Origin: Candidatus Micrarchaeota archaeon
GTDB lineage: Archaea; Micrarchaeota; Micrarchaeia; Anstonellales; Bilamarchaeaceae
Assembly (NCBI GenBank): GCA_037440825.1
Contig: JBBITJ010000015.1
Coordinates: 1 to 15,868, forward strand
DNA length: 15,868 nt
Direction: 5' to 3'
Shown: positions 1 to 8,591 of the stretch, one piece after another
How positions within the stretch are numbered: the first letter of the stretch is position 1
How the letters are laid out: every line of letters starts with the position of its first letter
The notes under the pieces: model-generated
Told to the model about the DNA's origin: nothing
The model's database searches: none
The model's input: the letters and a program-made list of their open reading frames with translations, nothing else
Position numbers and translations under genes: made by a program

Positions 1-567
1 GTGCCGAGCGTCGAGCTGGAGAAACTCTTCCTCAGCATGGGGAGCGCGGATGTGGTGAAGCTGGAGGTGCTGCTCGACGGGTTCTATTACTCGCTTTATT
101 CGGGGACCGACAGGCTGGCCTCCAAGGAGCTCGCGCCCATAGCGAGAATATTCAGGAAGGAGATAGACCTGAAGAACGCGTCCATAATCGTCAGGCTTAA
201 GAAGCACGGCATCACGGATGCTAAAACCATGGAGAAATATTTCATAAAGGGCGGGGCGAGGAGGTTTGCGTCCTTCGCGCAGCTCGTGGAAGCGAAGGGC
301 GAGGAGGATGCAGTCAAGCTCGCAGCGAGAATGTTCGAGCTCAAGGCCGCGCCAGCCAACGCTTCTGAACTGGAGATCATGCTGAACGCGAAGCTCGCGA
401 CCGCGAAGCTCGGGGCGTTCTACCGCTCCGTTCTTTCGGTAGGCACGATACTCAGCTTCCTCTTCCTCAAGGAGGAGGAGATAAACAACCTCAGGAAGAT
501 CGCAGTGGGCAAGGAATTCGGGGTCCCGGACGAGAGGATAAGCGGGATGCTCGTGTTTCCGAATTGA
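1..567 (+). CDS. atpC: A/V-type ATP synthase subunit C, 5'-truncated by the window edge
   Basis: C-terminal FLKEEEINNLRKIAVGKEFG resembles the subunit C tail. It lies directly upstream of F-A-B-D. The frame is open from base 1, so the true start is probably outside the window. Confidence 0.85.
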   Translation: MPSVELEKLFLSMGSADVVKLEVLLDGFYYSLYSGTDRLASKELAPIARIFRKEIDLKNASIIVRLKKHGITDAKTMEKYFIKGGARRFASFAQLVEAKGEEDAVKLAARMFELKAAPANASELEIMLNAKLATAKLGAFYRSVLSVGTILSFLFLKEEEINNLRKIAVGKEFGVPDERISGMLVFPN

Positions 568-584
568 TGCAATGATGTGATGTC

Positions 585-908
585 ATGGTCAAGGGCAAAA
601 TAGCTGTGTTGGGGGAGCACTATTTCACGATGGGCTTCATGTTCGCGGGCGTGCAAGACGTGTTCAGCGTCAAGGCCGCCGAAGGGGAGCAGAAGCTCGT
701 GGAGCTCATAGACTCCAAGGCCTATTCGGTGATATACATAAGCGAGAAGCTCAGCGAGCAGCTGGACTGGAGGCTCAAGAAGAGGATCTCCAACCTCGCA
801 TACCCAGTCATAGTGCCCTTGCCGGACATAAGCGGGGAAAGCTCGGAGGCAGCGAACATAAAGGCGCTGATAAAGCGCGCCCTAGGGTTTGACATAAGCG
901 CGAAATGA
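585..908 (+). CDS. atpF: A/V-type ATP synthase subunit F
   Basis: 107 aa; KIAVLGE..FTMGFMFAGV N-terminus, YPVIVPLP and IKRALGFDI C-terminus typical of subunit F; operon position. Confidence 0.93.
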   Translation: MVKGKIAVLGEHYFTMGFMFAGVQDVFSVKAAEGEQKLVELIDSKAYSVIYISEKLSEQLDWRLKKRISNLAYPVIVPLPDISGESSEAANIKALIKRALGFDISAK

Positions 909-955
909 AATGTATGCGAAATGGGAATGAGGAGACGATTATCAGGTGATTCGAA

Positions 956-2722
956 ATGGCAGCAAAGAAAGGAACGCTAAAAAGGATTTCAGGGCCTGTG
1001 GTGGAAGTCAAGAACCTCGAGGACGCGAAGCTCTACGATGTAGTCCGCGTCGGGAAGGAAGGGCTCGTAGGCGAGATAATCAAGATCGTGGGCGACACTT
1101 CTGTAGTGCAGGTCTACGAGGACACCTCCGGCCTTGCTCCCGGAGAGCCGGTGGAGAACACCGGAATGCCCCTGAGCGTCGAATTGGGGCCGGGAATACT
1201 CAAGAACATCTACGACGGTATCCAGAGGCCGCTCAAGGACATAGAAAGCAAGAGCGGGCACTTCATCAAGAGGGGAATCAACGTTCCCTCGCTTCCCCGC
1301 GACATCAAGTGGGAGTTCAAGGCGAAGGTGAAAAAGGGCGAGCGCGTCAAGGTAGGGGACATAATCGGAACAGTGCAGGAGACCGAGCTCATAGAGCACA
1401 GGATAATGTCGCCTTACGAAGGGACGATACAGGCGATAGAGAGCGGCAAATACACGATTGAAGATGAGATAGGCGAGATTCAGGTGGAGGGCAAGAAGAA
1501 GCCGCTCTACATGTATCAGAAATGGTTCGTGAGGAATCCGAGGCCTTACAAAGAGAAATTCCCGCCCGTGATTCCACTGGTCACCGGGCAGAGGGTAATA
1601 GATACGTTCTTCCCGATTTCGAAAGGAGGGAGCGCGTGCATTCCCGGGCCGTTCGGCTCAGGAAAGACCGTCACGCAGCAGAGCCTGGCGAAATACTCGG
1701 ACACGGATATATGCGTCTACATCGGATGCGGGGAGCGCGGAAACGAGATGACGGAAGTGCTCACTGAATTCCCACACCTCAAGGACGACAAGACCGGAAA
1801 GCCGTTGATGGAAAGGACGGTGCTCATAGCGAACACATCCAACATGCCTGTCGCTGCGCGCGAAGCCAGCATCTACACAGGAATCACCATAGCTGAATAT
1901 TACAGGGACATGGGCTACAACGTCGCGCTCATGGCCGACTCCACGAGCAGGTGGGCTGAGGCCCTGCGTGAAATCGGAGGAAGGCTGGAGGAAATGCCCG
2001 GAGAAGAAGGATACCCGGCTTACCTCGCGAGGAGGCTCGCGGAATTCTACGAAAGGGCAGGAAGAGTCCGGACTCTTGGAAGCGAGGGCGGAAAGGAAGA
2101 GCGCTACGGCTCCATCTCGATAATCGGCGCTGTTTCGCCTCCAGGGGGGGACATCAGCGAGCCCGTGTCGCAGAACACCCTCCGTGTCACGAAGGTCTTC
2201 CTTGCGCTCGACGCATCATTGGCGCAGAGGAGGCACTTCCCCGCAATCAACTGGCTCAAGAGCTACTCGCTCTACAAGGAGAGCCTGGACGAATGGTTCA
2301 GGGAGAACGTCGCGCAGGAGTTTCCCGCTATGAGGGACAAAGCGATGGAGCTGCTCCAGAAGGAAGCCGAATTGCAGGAAATCGTCCAGCTCGTCGGGCC
2401 GGACGCGCTTCCGGACAAGGAGCAGGCGGTTCTCCTCGTTACGAAGATGCTGAGGGAGGACTTCCTGCAGCAGAACGCGTACAGCGACATAGACGCGAAG
2501 GCGAGCTTCCAGAAGCAGTACCTGATGCTCAAGTGCATAATGCACTTCTACGAGAAGGCCATCCATGCGGTTGATGTAGGAGTGCAGCTCAAGAAAATCC
2601 AGTCCGTGCCCGCGAAAGCGAAAATCGGAAGGATGAAGGAAGTGGCTGAGCAGGACCTTTACAAACTCAAGGAGCTCCAGAAGGAGATAGACTCGGATTT
2701 CGCCGAGATCGCCAAGAAGTAG
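956..2722 (+). CDS. atpA: A/V-type ATP synthase catalytic subunit A
   Basis: 588 aa; Walker [49 protein letters not shown] at 944-950; no intein. Confidence 0.99.
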   Translation: MAAKKGTLKRISGPVVEVKNLEDAKLYDVVRVGKEGLVGEIIKIVGDTSVVQVYEDTSGLAPGEPVENTGMPLSVELGPGILKNIYDGIQRPLKDIESKSGHFIKRGINVPSLPRDIKWEFKAKVKKGERVKVGDIIGTVQETELIEHRIMSPYEGTIQAIESGKYTIEDEIGEIQVEGKKKPLYMYQKWFVRNPRPYKEKFPPVIPLVTGQRVIDTFFPISKGGSACIPGPFGSGKTVTQQSLAKYSDTDICVYIGCGERGNEMTEVLTEFPHLKDDKTGKPLMERTVLIANTSNMPVAAREASIYTGITIAEYYRDMGYNVALMADSTSRWAEALREIGGRLEEMPGEEGYPAYLARRLAEFYERAGRVRTLGSEGGKEERYGSISIIGAVSPPGGDISEPVSQNTLRVTKVFLALDASLAQRRHFPAINWLKSYSLYKESLDEWFRENVAQEFPAMRDKAMELLQKEAELQEIVQLVGPDALPDKEQAVLLVTKMLREDFLQQNAYSDIDAKASFQKQYLMLKCIMHFYEKAIHAVDVGVQLKKIQSVPAKAKIGRMKEVAEQDLYKLKELQKEIDSDFAEIAKK

Positions 2723-2731
2723 GTGGTTGCG

Positions 2732-4120
2732 ATGAAAGAATACAAGACAATTAACCAGATTGCAGGGCCGCTCGTATTCGTTGAAGGAGTGAGCGGAGTG
2801 AGCTACGGCGAGATCGTAGAGATCGCGCTTCCTTCCGGAGAGCGGAAGAAGGGGCAGGTGCTCGACGTGAGCGAGAGCATCGCGGTGGTGCAGGTGTTCG
2901 GGGCCACGGCCGGAATCAACACCACCCAGACTTCCGTGAAGTTCCTTGGGGAAACCATGAAGATCGGGCTTTCAAGCGACATGCTCGGCCGCGTGTTCAC
3001 CGGCCTCGGAGATCCCAAGGACAAGGCCCCCAGGATAGTGCCTGAGGAAAAGCTCGACATCAACGGCCTCGCGATCAACCCGTATTCGCGCGAAAGCCCT
3101 GCAGATTTCATCCAGACCGGAATATCCACGATAGACGCGATGAACACGCTCGTGAGGGGGCAGAAGCTTCCCATTTTCTCAGTTGCCGGTTTGCCGCACA
3201 ACCAGCTCGCAGCGCAGATAGCGAGGCAGGCGAAGGTGCGTGGAACCGATGAGGAGTTCGCGGTCGTTTTCGCTGCGATAGGAATAACGCACGAGGAAGC
3301 ATCCTTTTTCATGCGCGACTTCGAGCGCACTGGCGCATTGGAGAAATCAGCCATTTTCTTGAACCTCGCGAACGATCCCAGCGTGGAAAGGCTCATCACG
3401 CCGAGGCTCGCGCTCACGGCAGCGGAATACCTGGCGTTCGAGCACGACATGCACGTCCTCGCGATTATCACGGACATGACCAACTACTGCGAGGCGCTAC
3501 GCGAAATCGCCGCAGCCAGGCAGGAGGTTCCAGGAAGGAGAGGCTATCCGGGGTACATGTACACCGACCTCTCGACTATTTACGAGCGTGCAGGAAGGGT
3601 TAAGGGAAGAAAGGGTACGGTTACCCAGCTTTCCATACTCACCATGCCCGGAGACGACAAGACGCACCCGATTCCGGACCTTACCGGATACATTACGGAG
3701 GGGCAGATTGTGCTCGGCAGGGACCTGCACAGGAAGAACATCTACCCGCCGGTGGATGTGCTGCCTTCGCTTTCCAGGCTCATGAGCCTGGGAATCGGCC
3801 CCAGCAAGACGAGGGAGGACCACAAGGGCGTTTCGGACCAGATGTACGCCGCTTACGCAACCGGGCGCGACCTCAGGAGCCTGAGCGCGGTCGTAGGAGA
3901 AGAGGCGCTCACTGACACTGACAGGAAGTTCCTGCGCTTCGCCGACGAGTTCGAGAACAGGTTCGTGCGCCAGGGCGCCTACGAGGACAGGAGCATAGAG
4001 CAGACGCTCGACCTCGGATGGGACCTGCTTTCGATACTGCCGGAAGAAGAGCTCAAGAGGGTGAAGAAGGAGCACATTCCCAAATATATGAAGAAGAAAG
4101 AGGAGAAGAAGGAGGAATGA
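2732..4120 (+). CDS. atpB: A/V-type ATP synthase subunit B
   Basis: [49 protein letters not shown]. Start moved from GTG 2723 to ATG 2732 because SD AGGTGG (2721-2726) overlaps the atpA stop and MKEYKTI is the typical N-terminus. Confidence 0.98.
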   Translation: MKEYKTINQIAGPLVFVEGVSGVSYGEIVEIALPSGERKKGQVLDVSESIAVVQVFGATAGINTTQTSVKFLGETMKIGLSSDMLGRVFTGLGDPKDKAPRIVPEEKLDINGLAINPYSRESPADFIQTGISTIDAMNTLVRGQKLPIFSVAGLPHNQLAAQIARQAKVRGTDEEFAVVFAAIGITHEEASFFMRDFERTGALEKSAIFLNLANDPSVERLITPRLALTAAEYLAFEHDMHVLAIITDMTNYCEALREIAAARQEVPGRRGYPGYMYTDLSTIYERAGRVKGRKGTVTQLSILTMPGDDKTHPIPDLTGYITEGQIVLGRDLHRKNIYPPVDVLPSLSRLMSLGIGPSKTREDHKGVSDQMYAAYATGRDLRSLSAVVGEEALTDTDRKFLRFADEFENRFVRQGAYEDRSIEQTLDLGWDLLSILPEEELKRVKKEHIPKYMKKKEEKKEE

Positions 4121-4129
4121 GCGCAACGA

Positions 4130-4164
4130 AACCCGAAACGCTGAACGCGGAACGATGAATGGTG
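4130..4164 (+). repeat. Degenerate 7-bp tandem repeat (5 units) in the atpB-atpD spacer
   Basis: AACCCGA AACGCTG AACGCGG AACGATG AATGGTG; the last unit contains the atpD ATG. Confidence 0.6.
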
Positions 4165-4809
4165 AAATACTTGGCAGATCAACCTAACCCGACGCGCATG
4201 GAGCTCCTGAAGATAAAGGACCGGATATCCCTTGCGAGGAAGGGGCACAAGCTCCTCAAGCAGAAGAGGGACGCGCTCATCATGGAGTTCTTCAAGATAC
4301 TGAAGAAGTCCAAGGACATCCGCACCGAGCTGAACGGGAAGATGAAGAACGCTTACGCAGCGCTCGCAGTTGCGAAAGCCTACCACTCGGCATTCGAGCT
4401 CGAAGCGGTCTCTCTCGCAAACGCTCGCGTGATGGACGTGGACGTGCAGGTGAAGAATGTGATGGGAGTGAAGATTCCCAACCTCACTGCCAACATAGAG
4501 AGGAGGGAATACCCGAACAAGGGCTATTCAATCACAGGCACCACAGCGATGCTGGAGCAGTGCATAGAGGAATACGAGCAGGTCCTGGACATGGCCCTCC
4601 AGCTAGCTGAGACCGAAATAGCGATAAAGCGCCTCATAACTGAAATAGAGAAGACCAAGAGGCGCGTGAACTCGCTCGAATTCATCATGCTTCCGAGGCT
4701 GGAGGAGCAGAAGAAGCTCATCGCCTTCAAGCTTGACGAGCTGGAAAGGGATAGTTTCGTTTCGCTGAAAGTGATAAAAAGGAAGCTGGCGAAGGAAAGC
4801 AGCGGTTGA
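4159..4809 (+). CDS. atpD: A/V-type ATP synthase subunit D
   Basis: 216 aa; PTRMELL, GHKLLKQKRDAL, NVMGVKIP, EIEKTKRRVNSLE, LDELER. Confidence 0.97.
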   Translation: MVKYLADQPNPTRMELLKIKDRISLARKGHKLLKQKRDALIMEFFKILKKSKDIRTELNGKMKNAYAALAVAKAYHSAFELEAVSLANARVMDVDVQVKNVMGVKIPNLTANIERREYPNKGYSITGTTAMLEQCIEEYEQVLDMALQLAETEIAIKRLITEIEKTKRRVNSLEFIMLPRLEEQKKLIAFKLDELERDSFVSLKVIKRKLAKESSG

Positions 4810-4810
4810 C

Positions 4811-5257
4811 ATGCCGTTCGGAGACGAAGAAACCCTGAAGCGCATACTTTCCGCGAAAGTTATCGCAGTGGTCGGGCTTTCAAAAGATGAATCCAAACCG
4901 AGCCACGACGTAGCAAAATACCTTCTTGCGCACGGAAAGATCATTATTCCTGTAAATCCTACTGCAGATGAGATTCTGGGGCAGAAATGTTACTCTTCGC
5001 TTCTTGCGATTCCTGGGCAGCTTGCAAAGCAGATAGAAATAGTGGACGTTTTCCGCAAATCCGAGGATATTCCTCAAGTAGCGCAGGATGCAATAGCCCT
5101 GAGGAAGAGGAACGCGAACGGAAAGCCGGAGATATTCTGGATGCAACTCGGAATCGTGAACGAATCCGCAGCGAAACCGCTCTCCGCCGCCGGGTTCAAG
5201 GTCGTGATGGACCATTGCGCGAAAATCGAGCATGCGCGCCTTTCAGCTGCTCCATAG
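4811..5257 (+). CDS. YccU-like CoA-binding domain protein (Rossmann fold)
   Basis: IAVVGLS..KPSHDVAKYL, IPVNP, VDVFRKSE, FWMQLGI, VMDHCAKIEH match the CoA_binding_2/YccU family; starts 1 nt after the atpD stop. Confidence 0.9.
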   Translation: MPFGDEETLKRILSAKVIAVVGLSKDESKPSHDVAKYLLAHGKIIIPVNPTADEILGQKCYSSLLAIPGQLAKQIEIVDVFRKSEDIPQVAQDAIALRKRNANGKPEIFWMQLGIVNESAAKPLSAAGFKVVMDHCAKIEHARLSAAP

Positions 5258-5306
5258 CGTTTCGTTTCCTGCCGTACTCGCTACCCATACAATTAAAAAC
5301 ATTATT

Positions 5307-5322
5307 TTGGACTAACGTCCAA
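5307..5322. promoter_or_regulatory. Perfect palindrome TTGGAC-N4-GTCCAA, candidate operator
   Basis: Lies between an AT-rich TATA-like AATTAAAA (5291-5298) and the SD GAGGTGA (5338-5344) of the 5349 gene. Confidence 0.4.
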
Positions 5323-5348
5323 TCTCCAAAGACAATTGAGGTGAAAAC

Positions 5349-5684
5349 ATGATAAAGAGAATAGGACCGCCTGCATTCCTTGCGGGTTTCGTGCTCTCGA
5401 TACTGGCGGCGTTCTTCTGGCCCACCAACGGATCTGTGCCGCTCATCGTGGCGTCGCTCGGTATCCTGGTAGGATTGCTCAACATAGAGAACAAGGAAGT
5501 CCCGGCCTTCCTGCTCGCGACAGTCGCGTTCGCGGTATCTGCAGGCAGCCTGGGCGCGGTTTTCGGGCGCCTTTACGGCCTCGAGACTGCTGCACCGGTG
5601 TTCTTCAACTACATCGTGAGCTTCGTGGCCCCTGCTGCTGGCGTAGTGGCGTTCAAGCAGATCTGGATGCTCGCCAAGGACTGA
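5349..5684 (+). CDS. Small hydrophobic membrane protein of unknown function (about 4 TM segments)
   Basis: 111 aa, mostly hydrophobic, with GLLNI..KE..AFLLA between helices; strong SD GAGGTGA; followed by a T-tract. Confidence 0.8.
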   Translation: MIKRIGPPAFLAGFVLSILAAFFWPTNGSVPLIVASLGILVGLLNIENKEVPAFLLATVAFAVSAGSLGAVFGRLYGLETAAPVFFNYIVSFVAPAAGVVAFKQIWMLAKD

Positions 5685-5685
5685 A

Positions 5686-5711
5686 TCTTTTTCTTCTTTT
5701 CTTCAATTTTT
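5686..5711 (+). terminator. Archaeal-type oligo-T terminator
   Basis: TCTTTTTCTTCTTTTCTTCAATTTTT directly after the stop at 5684, between convergent genes. Confidence 0.6.
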
Positions 5712-5725
5712 CCTAATCCTATGCC

Positions 5726-6880
5726 CTATTCAATATCCACAATCCTGATTTTCTCCAAGGTCTTTTCCACGACTTCCTTGAGCCCAATGTCCGCATCGAG
5801 CTTCTTCACGAATTCCGCATCAGCCCTTATTTCCGGATTCTCCACAGCAACGAGCGAACAGCAGTCCTTGTAAGGCATTATCGAAATATCGTAAGTCCCG
5901 ATCTGCTTCGCCATGTCTATTATCTCCCCCTTGTTCATTCCTATCAGGGGGCGGAAAACAGGCATCTCCAGCCCGGAATTGACCGCGTAGATGTTCTCCA
6001 GCGTCTGCGAAGCGACCTGACCCAGGGAATCGCCGCTCACTATCGCCAACGCCCCTTCTTTTCTGGCCACTTCCTGCGCGAGAGCGTATATGAATCTCCT
6101 GAACATCACGAGCTCGTATTTCGGCGGTATGGCGAGCGTCTTTTTGTAGAATTCCGAATAATCAGCGAAGCATATCCGCGCGCCGTTCTGCCAGCGCGCA
6201 AGGGTTTTCGCAAGGCTTGTTATCTTGGATTTCTCCGCTTCCTCGGCGCTCGCGAACGGGTGGATGTGCAGGAACACCGCCTGCGCGCCCCTCTTCATGA
6301 GCATCCAGCTCGCGAGCGGCGAGTCTATGCCTCCTGAGAGTAGCACCACCACCTTGCCCGAGGAGCCGGCAGGCAGCCCTCCAGGCCCCCTTATCTTCTC
6401 GAAATGCACGAACGCCCTGTTCATCTGCATTATTTCCACGTAAACCATGACATCGGGCTTTTTCAGGTCCACCTTGCACCCGAACTTTTCGATAATTTTC
6501 TTTCCCAAATCCCGGCTGAAATCCATGGATGTGAACGGGAGCGACTTGTCCCCCCGTTTCGTTTCCACCTTGAACGTCTTGCCGTCCAGCGCTCCGCGTT
6601 CCGCAAAATATCCGAGCACGAATTTCTCTATTTCAGCCTTGTCCTTCCTGACCTCGTAGGCACGCGCGTACCATTCGACTCCGAAAGTGCGGGAAAGCGC
6701 CCCGCGGGTTTCTTCCTCTTCGCCTTCCGTCTCTATGTAAAGCCGCTTCTCTATCTTTTCCGCCTTCTTCAGTCTATCTCCGAGCGCCCTGCGGATGCTG
6801 GCGACCGCCTTGTCCTCGAACATGGAGCGGTTGCCGCCTTTTATCGAAATCTCGCTGAAATGGACAGTGAACAAAGCCAT
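5726..6880 (-). CDS. thiI: tRNA 4-thiouridine(8) synthase ThiI (THUMP + PP-loop, no rhodanese domain)
   Basis: EISIKGGNR..FE N-terminus, THUMP (TFKVETKRGDK, VDLKKPD), GPGGLP, PP-loop SGGIDS, GDSLGQVASQT, RPLIG, PYKDCC. Confidence 0.96.
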   Translation of the reverse strand: MALFTVHFSEISIKGGNRSMFEDKAVASIRRALGDRLKKAEKIEKRLYIETEGEEEETRGALSRTFGVEWYARAYEVRKDKAEIEKFVLGYFAERGALDGKTFKVETKRGDKSLPFTSMDFSRDLGKKIIEKFGCKVDLKKPDVMVYVEIMQMNRAFVHFEKIRGPGGLPAGSSGKVVVLLSGGIDSPLASWMLMKRGAQAVFLHIHPFASAEEAEKSKITSLAKTLARWQNGARICFADYSEFYKKTLAIPPKYELVMFRRFIYALAQEVARKEGALAIVSGDSLGQVASQTLENIYAVNSGLEMPVFRPLIGMNKGEIIDMAKQIGTYDISIMPYKDCCSLVAVENPEIRADAEFVKKLDADIGLKEVVEKTLEKIRIVDIE

Positions 6881-6911
6881 AGAAAACGCCTTATGTTATA
6901 TGAGGTACGGA

Positions 6912-8486
6912 TTATAAAATATCGACTATGGCGATCGCGCCGCTTTTCGGATCCTTCCTCACGCGCACCACCACGTCATACTGCTCTGCATTCTTTATCC
7001 GGTCCATGAGCGCGTCGTCTATCTGCGGATCCTCTATTTTCTGCCTGCCGTACACCTTGGCAAGCGCGCGCATTATCTTGGATGCGAGATGGGGCTTGTT
7101 GTGCAGCAGTTCGTATGAAGGCGGATTGAGCCTCATCAGCGCCATCCTGCCGACATCTTCCATTACCACGATTTTCACTTTCTTGTTTATCCTCACGAAC
7201 GTGTGTATCTCGCTTATCGTCGTCGCTATCTCCTCGGCCACCGTCGGCATGCCCCGAGTCTTGTACCTTCCGTGCGCTGCCGGTCCGCGGCCGAACTCGT
7301 TCCTCTGGTGCATCGCATCCGTCCTGAGCTGGATCTCCACGTTCCTTAGCGCGAGCTTCACCCTCTCATCGTAGAGCCTGCGGCCGTATTCATTCCTGAA
7401 CGCCGTCGCGAGCTGGGAGAAATCCCCTATCATGTGGATGGACTGGTAGGGGCGCGGAGGGTTCATGGGCGGGTTCTTTATGTAGTCCTTCTTCACCTTG
7501 ACCTTCTTGCCCTTCTCAGGCCCGATGGTTTCGGGATCCGCGTATCTGAAGAATCCTGGCGCTCGCTCTATTTCGTCGAGCAGCCGGTAGACGCTTTTCT
7601 TGTTGTTGTTTTTTCCTGTGAGTATGATCCTGAGCGCGACCAGGTCAGACATGGCTTCCAGCCCCTTTAGGCCTTTCCTTAGAGGGACTTGCCATCTTTC
7701 CACGATCTTCCTGTATATGCTGTAAATGCTCTTTGCTCTCGTTTCGACATGGCCGTTTATACCTGCCTTAGCAAGGAAATCGGTGAACATGCGCTGGAGC
7801 CCTTCCACGACCTTCGCCATCTGCGCCTGCCCCCTATCCACGTCCTCTCCGTAGAAGCGCTTCTTCACAGCGCTGCACACCGTGGGCGCGAGCACCTCGA
7901 ACGAAGCGTTGAACGCCTCGCCGCTCGCTGCGTGGAATCCCAGCCGTTTCATGATGTGGCCGTGCGCCATCACCTTTTCAGCGAGGAATCTGCGGTCGAG
8001 ATTGAGCTCCATGCCGGCCATGAGCTGGAGCTTGTCCAGCTCGTCTATGAAGCGCGCGGCGTACTGGTCCTTGTGCACTATCGCGCAGGCGTAGTATTTG
8101 TTGACCTCATCTGCGGTGTAGAGCATGTTGTCAAGGGCCTTGATTTCGTAATAGTTCCTGAGCATGTCCTTTACCGGCTCCTCTAGCCCCTTGATTTCCC
8201 CGGGAAGAGACATGCGCTCGATGTTCTTGCCTTCGAGCCCGTGGTAAAGATAGAGCAGCGCTATCTTGAGGCTGTGGGTGAGGTCGAACGCTTTCATCGC
8301 GCCTTCTATGTAATGGCGTTCAAGGTATTCCCTGATTTTTTCCTTGTTCGGACCGACAATCCTGCGGTAATCCTTGTCTTCGTGCAGCTTGAGCTCTGCA
8401 AAGAGCCTTCTCGCTTCCGGCAGGTGTGCTAGCAGCATTCCCCTCTTCTGACCGACCTTCCACTGCCGTTTGAGGTATTTAACCAT
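6912..8486 (-). CDS. RelA/SpoT homologue: degenerate HD domain + (p)ppGpp synthetase domain + unrecognised C-terminal region
   Basis: Synthetase motifs in canonical order: RAKSIYSIYRK, DLVALRII, KDYIKNP, YQSIH, EIQLRTDAMH..NEFG, AAHGRYK. The N-terminal half aligns by eye to the Rel hydrolase domain (KRLGF ~ HRLGI) but has HG where HD is expected. Confidence 0.88.
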   Translation of the reverse strand: MVKYLKRQWKVGQKRGMLLAHLPEARRLFAELKLHEDKDYRRIVGPNKEKIREYLERHYIEGAMKAFDLTHSLKIALLYLYHGLEGKNIERMSLPGEIKGLEEPVKDMLRNYYEIKALDNMLYTADEVNKYYACAIVHKDQYAARFIDELDKLQLMAGMELNLDRRFLAEKVMAHGHIMKRLGFHAASGEAFNASFEVLAPTVCSAVKKRFYGEDVDRGQAQMAKVVEGLQRMFTDFLAKAGINGHVETRAKSIYSIYRKIVERWQVPLRKGLKGLEAMSDLVALRIILTGKNNNKKSVYRLLDEIERAPGFFRYADPETIGPEKGKKVKVKKDYIKNPPMNPPRPYQSIHMIGDFSQLATAFRNEYGRRLYDERVKLALRNVEIQLRTDAMHQRNEFGRGPAAHGRYKTRGMPTVAEEIATTISEIHTFVRINKKVKIVVMEDVGRMALMRLNPPSYELLHNKPHLASKIMRALAKVYGRQKIEDPQIDDALMDRIKNAEQYDVVVRVRKDPKSGAIAIVDIL

Positions 8487-8591
8487 GTTTTAATATATGT
8501 CAACACTAGTTTAAATAGCTTACTGGATAATCTGGAAAATACTCCGACGTGCAGCTATTCTTTATAAACATTTCCCTCCATAATATAAAAC
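8487..8591. promoter_or_regulatory. Divergent archaeal promoter region for two probably leaderless genes
   Basis: AT-rich spacer. Minus-strand TATTTAAA (8517-8510) is 24-31 nt before the RSH ATG; plus-strand TTTATAAA (8561-8568) is 24-31 nt before ATG 8592. Confidence 0.7.

Noticed and set aside
900..958. CGAAATG three times around the atpF-atpA spacer
   Set aside because: The copies are short and irregularly spaced, and two overlap stop/start codons; not a CRISPR array or a convincing repeat.
956..2722. Intein in AtpA, a known archaeal insertion site
   Set aside because: The length (588 aa) is normal and the sequence around GPFGSGKT is continuous.
946..4386. Long alternative-frame and antisense ORFs over atpA/atpB (e.g. 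946-1461, 2803-3483, 3497-4126)
   Set aside because: They are shadows of strongly conserved genes with GC-rich third positions and show no recognisable motifs.
4159..8486. AtpD and the RSH both start with MVKYL
   Set aside because: The codons differ and there is no further similarity; this is a coincidence.
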